64,000 nucleotides of DNA. Origin: Scenedesmus sp. PABB004 (lineage: Eukaryota). Positions within the stretch are counted from its first letter, which is position 1, and every line of letters begins with the position of its first letter. Made by a program: the position numbers and the translations under genes. The stretch spans positions 744,001-808,000 of the forward strand of contig CM026548.1 in NCBI GenBank assembly GCA_014905635.1, read 5' to 3'. Shown piece by piece: positions 60,686 through 64,000 of this stretch. The notes under the pieces are model-generated. The model saw only the letters and a program-made list of their open reading frames with translations. It was not told the DNA's origin and ran no database searches.

Positions 60686-61857
60686 TCAGATGAGCCCCTG
60701 CTCGCGCAGGAGCGCGGTGTACAGGGGCGGCGGGCTGGGCCCGCCCGGCGCGTTGAGAGTCTTCCAGCCCGCCACGTCGCAGACCACGACCTCGTGGTCG
60801 CCTGCCGCAGCACACGCCCGCGCCGCGGACGCGCTGAGCGGCACGCGGGCGGGCCGCGGGCGGCGCACGGGCGGGCGCTGCGGCGGCGCACCTGCTGGGA
60901 TGAAGTCAGTCTCCACGCGCAGGTCCACCACGCCGATGGCATCTGGCCAGCGGGCGGGCGGCGTGGCGTGGGTGGGTGAGCAAAGGGCGGCCTGCCGCAG
61001 CGGCGCGGGCAGGAGCAGCCCTGCGCCGCCCCGCACCCGCCAGCACGGGCAGGCCGAACTCCTCCGTCACCGCCCAGCCGAGCGCGGCGAGCTCGGCGAC
61101 CTTGTCGGCGTCGCGCCCGCTCGTCTTGCCGAGCAGCTGTGTGAGCGCCGCCGCCGTCTGCGGCAGGATCTGACGCGCGGCGCGGCGGCGGCGGCGCCGG
61201 CGGCGGTGCGTCGGCCGCGGCCGCGCGCCAAGCCGCAGACGGGCGCGCGCCCCGCCGCGCGCCTGCAGGACGGCGCGCCCCGTCTCCTTCACGTTGGCGT
61301 AGGTCAGCGACTGCACGTACAGCCCCAGCGCAAACTTGCGGCGCGGGCGCAGCGCGATGGGGCTCGCATAGGTGATCATGTTCAGTGTTGCCCTGCGCGG
61401 CGCGGCAGACAGCGCGGCGCGTGACGCGGGAGCCGGGACGCGGGAGCCGGGCGGCGGGCTGCTGGGCTGCTGGGCAGCGCCGCGCGGCGCCAGCTGAGGC
61501 GCCAGCTGGGGCGGCGGGCTGGGCGCGCGCCTGCTGCCCGGCGCGGCGCCGCGGCTGGCCAGGGAGTAGACGGGCGTCGAGAGCAGCGCATACGGCGGCG
61601 TTTCGGCGTCGGGGATGCCTGGCGCGCGGCCGAGCGCGGGCGTGAGTCAGGAAGGTTGGCGGCGGCGGCTGCCGCGCGGGGCGGCGCGGCCGCCCGCAGC
61701 CGGTCGCACCCGACAGTGCGCGCAGCCGCGTCGCAGCGTGGTGCAGCGGGCGCGCCGGCGCGCCGCCGGCAGCCGGCGGGCACGTGCTTCGTGGAGCTCT
61801 GCTGCTGCTGCTGCTGCTGGGCGCGCTGGCGGCGGCAGGGCCGGCGCGCAACGCCAT
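60686..61857 (-). CDS. flavin-reductase-like FMN-binding split-barrel protein, probably organelle-targeted
   Basis: Transit-like MALRAGPAAASAPSSSSSSR; PYALLSTPVYSLAS..TLNMITYASPI..FALGLY..LTYANV..TGRAVLQIL..LLGKTSGRDADK..GDHEVVVCDV. The SGR-D-K and GDH motifs are typical of flavin reductases. Confidence 0.8.
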
Positions 61858-62220
61858 GCCGGAGCGCAAGGCAGCGAGCAGCGGCGCAGTGCTGGCGCGC
61901 GGAGCGAACGTGGCGGCTGGGGCTGCGGGTGACCGTGACACGTCACGGGCGGGCCAAGTGAGGGCGCTCGGGACTGGCGGAGGCCGCGCGCCGGCGGCAG
62001 TGGCGGGCGGAGCGGCGCGCTGTCGCGCGTCACGTGCGGCCTGCGGCGGCGGCGTTTTTGCTGCCTGGCCTGCTGTGCCGTGTCTCCCGCCACAGCCGGA
62101 CTGCCCTCGCCATTGATCGCGAACCGCCGACGCCGCACCGCGCGAGGAGAGGCCGGAGATTGCCGACCGCGGCCGCACCCGAGCTTTTGTTGGCCGGCGC
62201 TCACCGCGGCGGCGTGCGGA

Positions 62221-64000
62221 ATGCTCGCGGCACTGCCGCGGGCCCCTACAGGTGCGCGCCGGACGCGCCAGGCGCCAGCGCTGCGCTGCGCGCCGGCGGC
62301 CGCTGCTGCTGCCGAGCCGCCGGCGACCGCTGCGCCCGCTGCCGGTCGCGCCGCAGGGCCCGCGGCCGGCGGGGTGACCGTGGGCCAGCGGCCGTCGCCC
62401 TGCGCAGCCAGCGCTGTGCCGGCGCGCCTCGCCCGCCGCGCGGCGCTCGGCAGCAGCGGGCGTGGGGCGGCGCTGCTCGCGCGCTGCAGCGGCAGCGGCA
62501 GCAGACCTCGCGACAGCAGCAGCACCAGCAGCAGCAGCAGTAGTAGAGTCAGCAGCAGCAGCAGCAGACGCAGCAGTAGCACCAGCAGCAGCAGGCAGCG
62601 GCGGCGCGTGGCTGCGGCGGCGGGCGAGGCCGGCGCCGGCCCGGAGACGGGCGAGCAGAGCAGCGACGAGGGCGACGAGGGCGAGGACGACGCGCCGTTC
62701 ACCGAGGCCGAGCTGCGCGAGCTGACCGCGCTCGAGGCGGAGCTCGCGGACGAGGCGCTCGGCGAGGCGTGGCGGGCCGAGTTTGAGGACGACCTGGACG
62801 GCCTGTACGACTACGTCGACCGGTGCGCGGGGCGGTCGCCGAGCGGCCCCGGCGGGGCTCACGCGGCGTGTGCGACGCAGGGCCCGCGCGGCGAGGCGCC
62901 GGCGGCCAGCCGCCAGCGGCGCCCGCGCGCCGACGCGCGGCCGCCCTGCTGCCGCTGCTCGCGCGCTCCATCCCTCGCTCTCTCGCAGGGACCAGCTGGA
63001 GTATGCCGACCGCGTGCGCGAGCTCAAGGCCACGCCGAAGCACCTCTGGGAGCAGGCGCGCGCGGCGCGCGCTGGGAGGCCTCCGCGCGCCCACACCCGC
63101 CGCCGGGCTGGGCTCACGCTCGGGCCGCTCGCCGCGGCGCGGCGGCACACACACAGGTCGGCGCGATGGACCGCCTGCAGTCGTACGCGCCGGGGCTCAT
63201 CGCCGACATGATGGGCATGGCGACCTGGCGCCTCAACGGTGCGCCGCCGCCGCCGCCTGAATGAGCCACCGCGCGCAAACACTTGAGCTCGCCGGCGCCA
63301 GCCATTGCTCGACGCGGCCGTGCCCCGCCTTCGCCCGTCGCCGCGCTGCCGACATCTGCTGTCGCCGCCGCGTCGTGCGCTGCTGCGGCCGCCACGTGGC
63401 GCGCAGGCATGGTGGACGAGGTCTTCTCCTTCCTGGTCGGCCGGCTCGAGGCGAGCATGCGGGAGCTGCTGGAGACCGACATCGCCCTTTACCCTGCGGG
63501 TGCGGCTGACGCCGCGCCGCTGCCGCGCCGCCGTGTCTGCCGTGTCTGCCGCCGCGCCGCCGCCACGGGGCCTGGCTCGGCGCGCACTGGCTGTCGCGCG
63601 TGCGCGTGCGGCCTGCCGCGCGCGTACCTGACCCCGCCTCGCCCCAACACGCGTCGCGCAGCCAAGTGGAAGGGCCGGCACTGGGACTTTATCGACTCGC
63701 TCGACCCGACCCGCGAGTGGGAGGGCTTCAGCTACGTGGACATGCCCGACCCCATCAAGGGCCAGGAGGTGACGCTCGCGGCGCGCCGCCGGGCTGGCGG
63801 GCGGGTCCGGCACGCGCGGGCGTGCGCGGGCGGGGCCGGGCGCGCGCGCCGCAGGCGGGGAGCAGCGCCGCCGCGCCGCGCGCTGAGCACCGGGCGCCGC
63901 CGCACGCCGCCGCGGGGCGCCGCGCAGGGCTACCCGCGGCTGCTGATTGAGAACCGCGTGTACAGCAGCCGCGTGTTCCGCAAGCTCCATCTCGAGGTCG
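62221..64000 (+). CDS. PCYA1: phycocyanobilin:ferredoxin oxidoreductase (ferredoxin-dependent bilin reductase), 3'-truncated by window edge
   Basis: Transit-like start and long acidic N-terminal extension, then PRLLIENRVYSSRVFRKLHLEV, matching the PcyA motif IENRxYxxxxFRKxHLE. Only the start of the catalytic domain is visible. Confidence 0.82.

Noticed and set aside
18967..64000. Tetrapyrrole gene cluster (SOUL, Rieske oxygenase, PCYA)
   Set aside because: The genes are about 20 kb apart and interleaved with unrelated housekeeping genes; no evidence of a functional cluster.

Overview
Very GC-rich (roughly 75-80% by eye), intron-dense eukaryotic DNA. It looks like a chlorophyte green-algal nuclear genome, probably Sphaeropleales/Selenastraceae-like (inferred from gene content, GTGCG/GCGCG donors, TTTAGGG repeats and TGTAA signals). 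The long six-frame ORFs are mostly GC artefacts; real genes had to be assembled by hand from exons, so internal boundaries are approximate. I can support about 18 protein genes: GH27 alpha-galactosidase (5'-partial), class IV HDAC, a large secreted Cys-rich mosaic protein, a four-domain TenA-HAD-ThiD-ThiE thiamine enzyme, a SOUL heme-binding protein, PAN2, an unknown membrane protein, NECAP, an atypical thioredoxin, SAE2/UBA2, a small putative plastid membrane protein, a Rieske oxygenase, a RecQ helicase, allantoate amidohydrolase, PTPA, BZW/eIF5-mimic, a flavin-reductase-like protein and PCYA (3'-partial). Most notable observations: (1) a TH2-TH1 fusion with two domain junctions inside single exons; (2) a ~0.5 kb non-coding element duplicated directly upstream of two unrelated genes 30 kb apart; (3) a sushi-array/EGF/ricin-lectin secreted mosaic protein; (4) a cluster of related hairpins with a possible spliced host transcript; (5) about 25 GC-AG introns; (6) telomere-repeat patches found only in introns.
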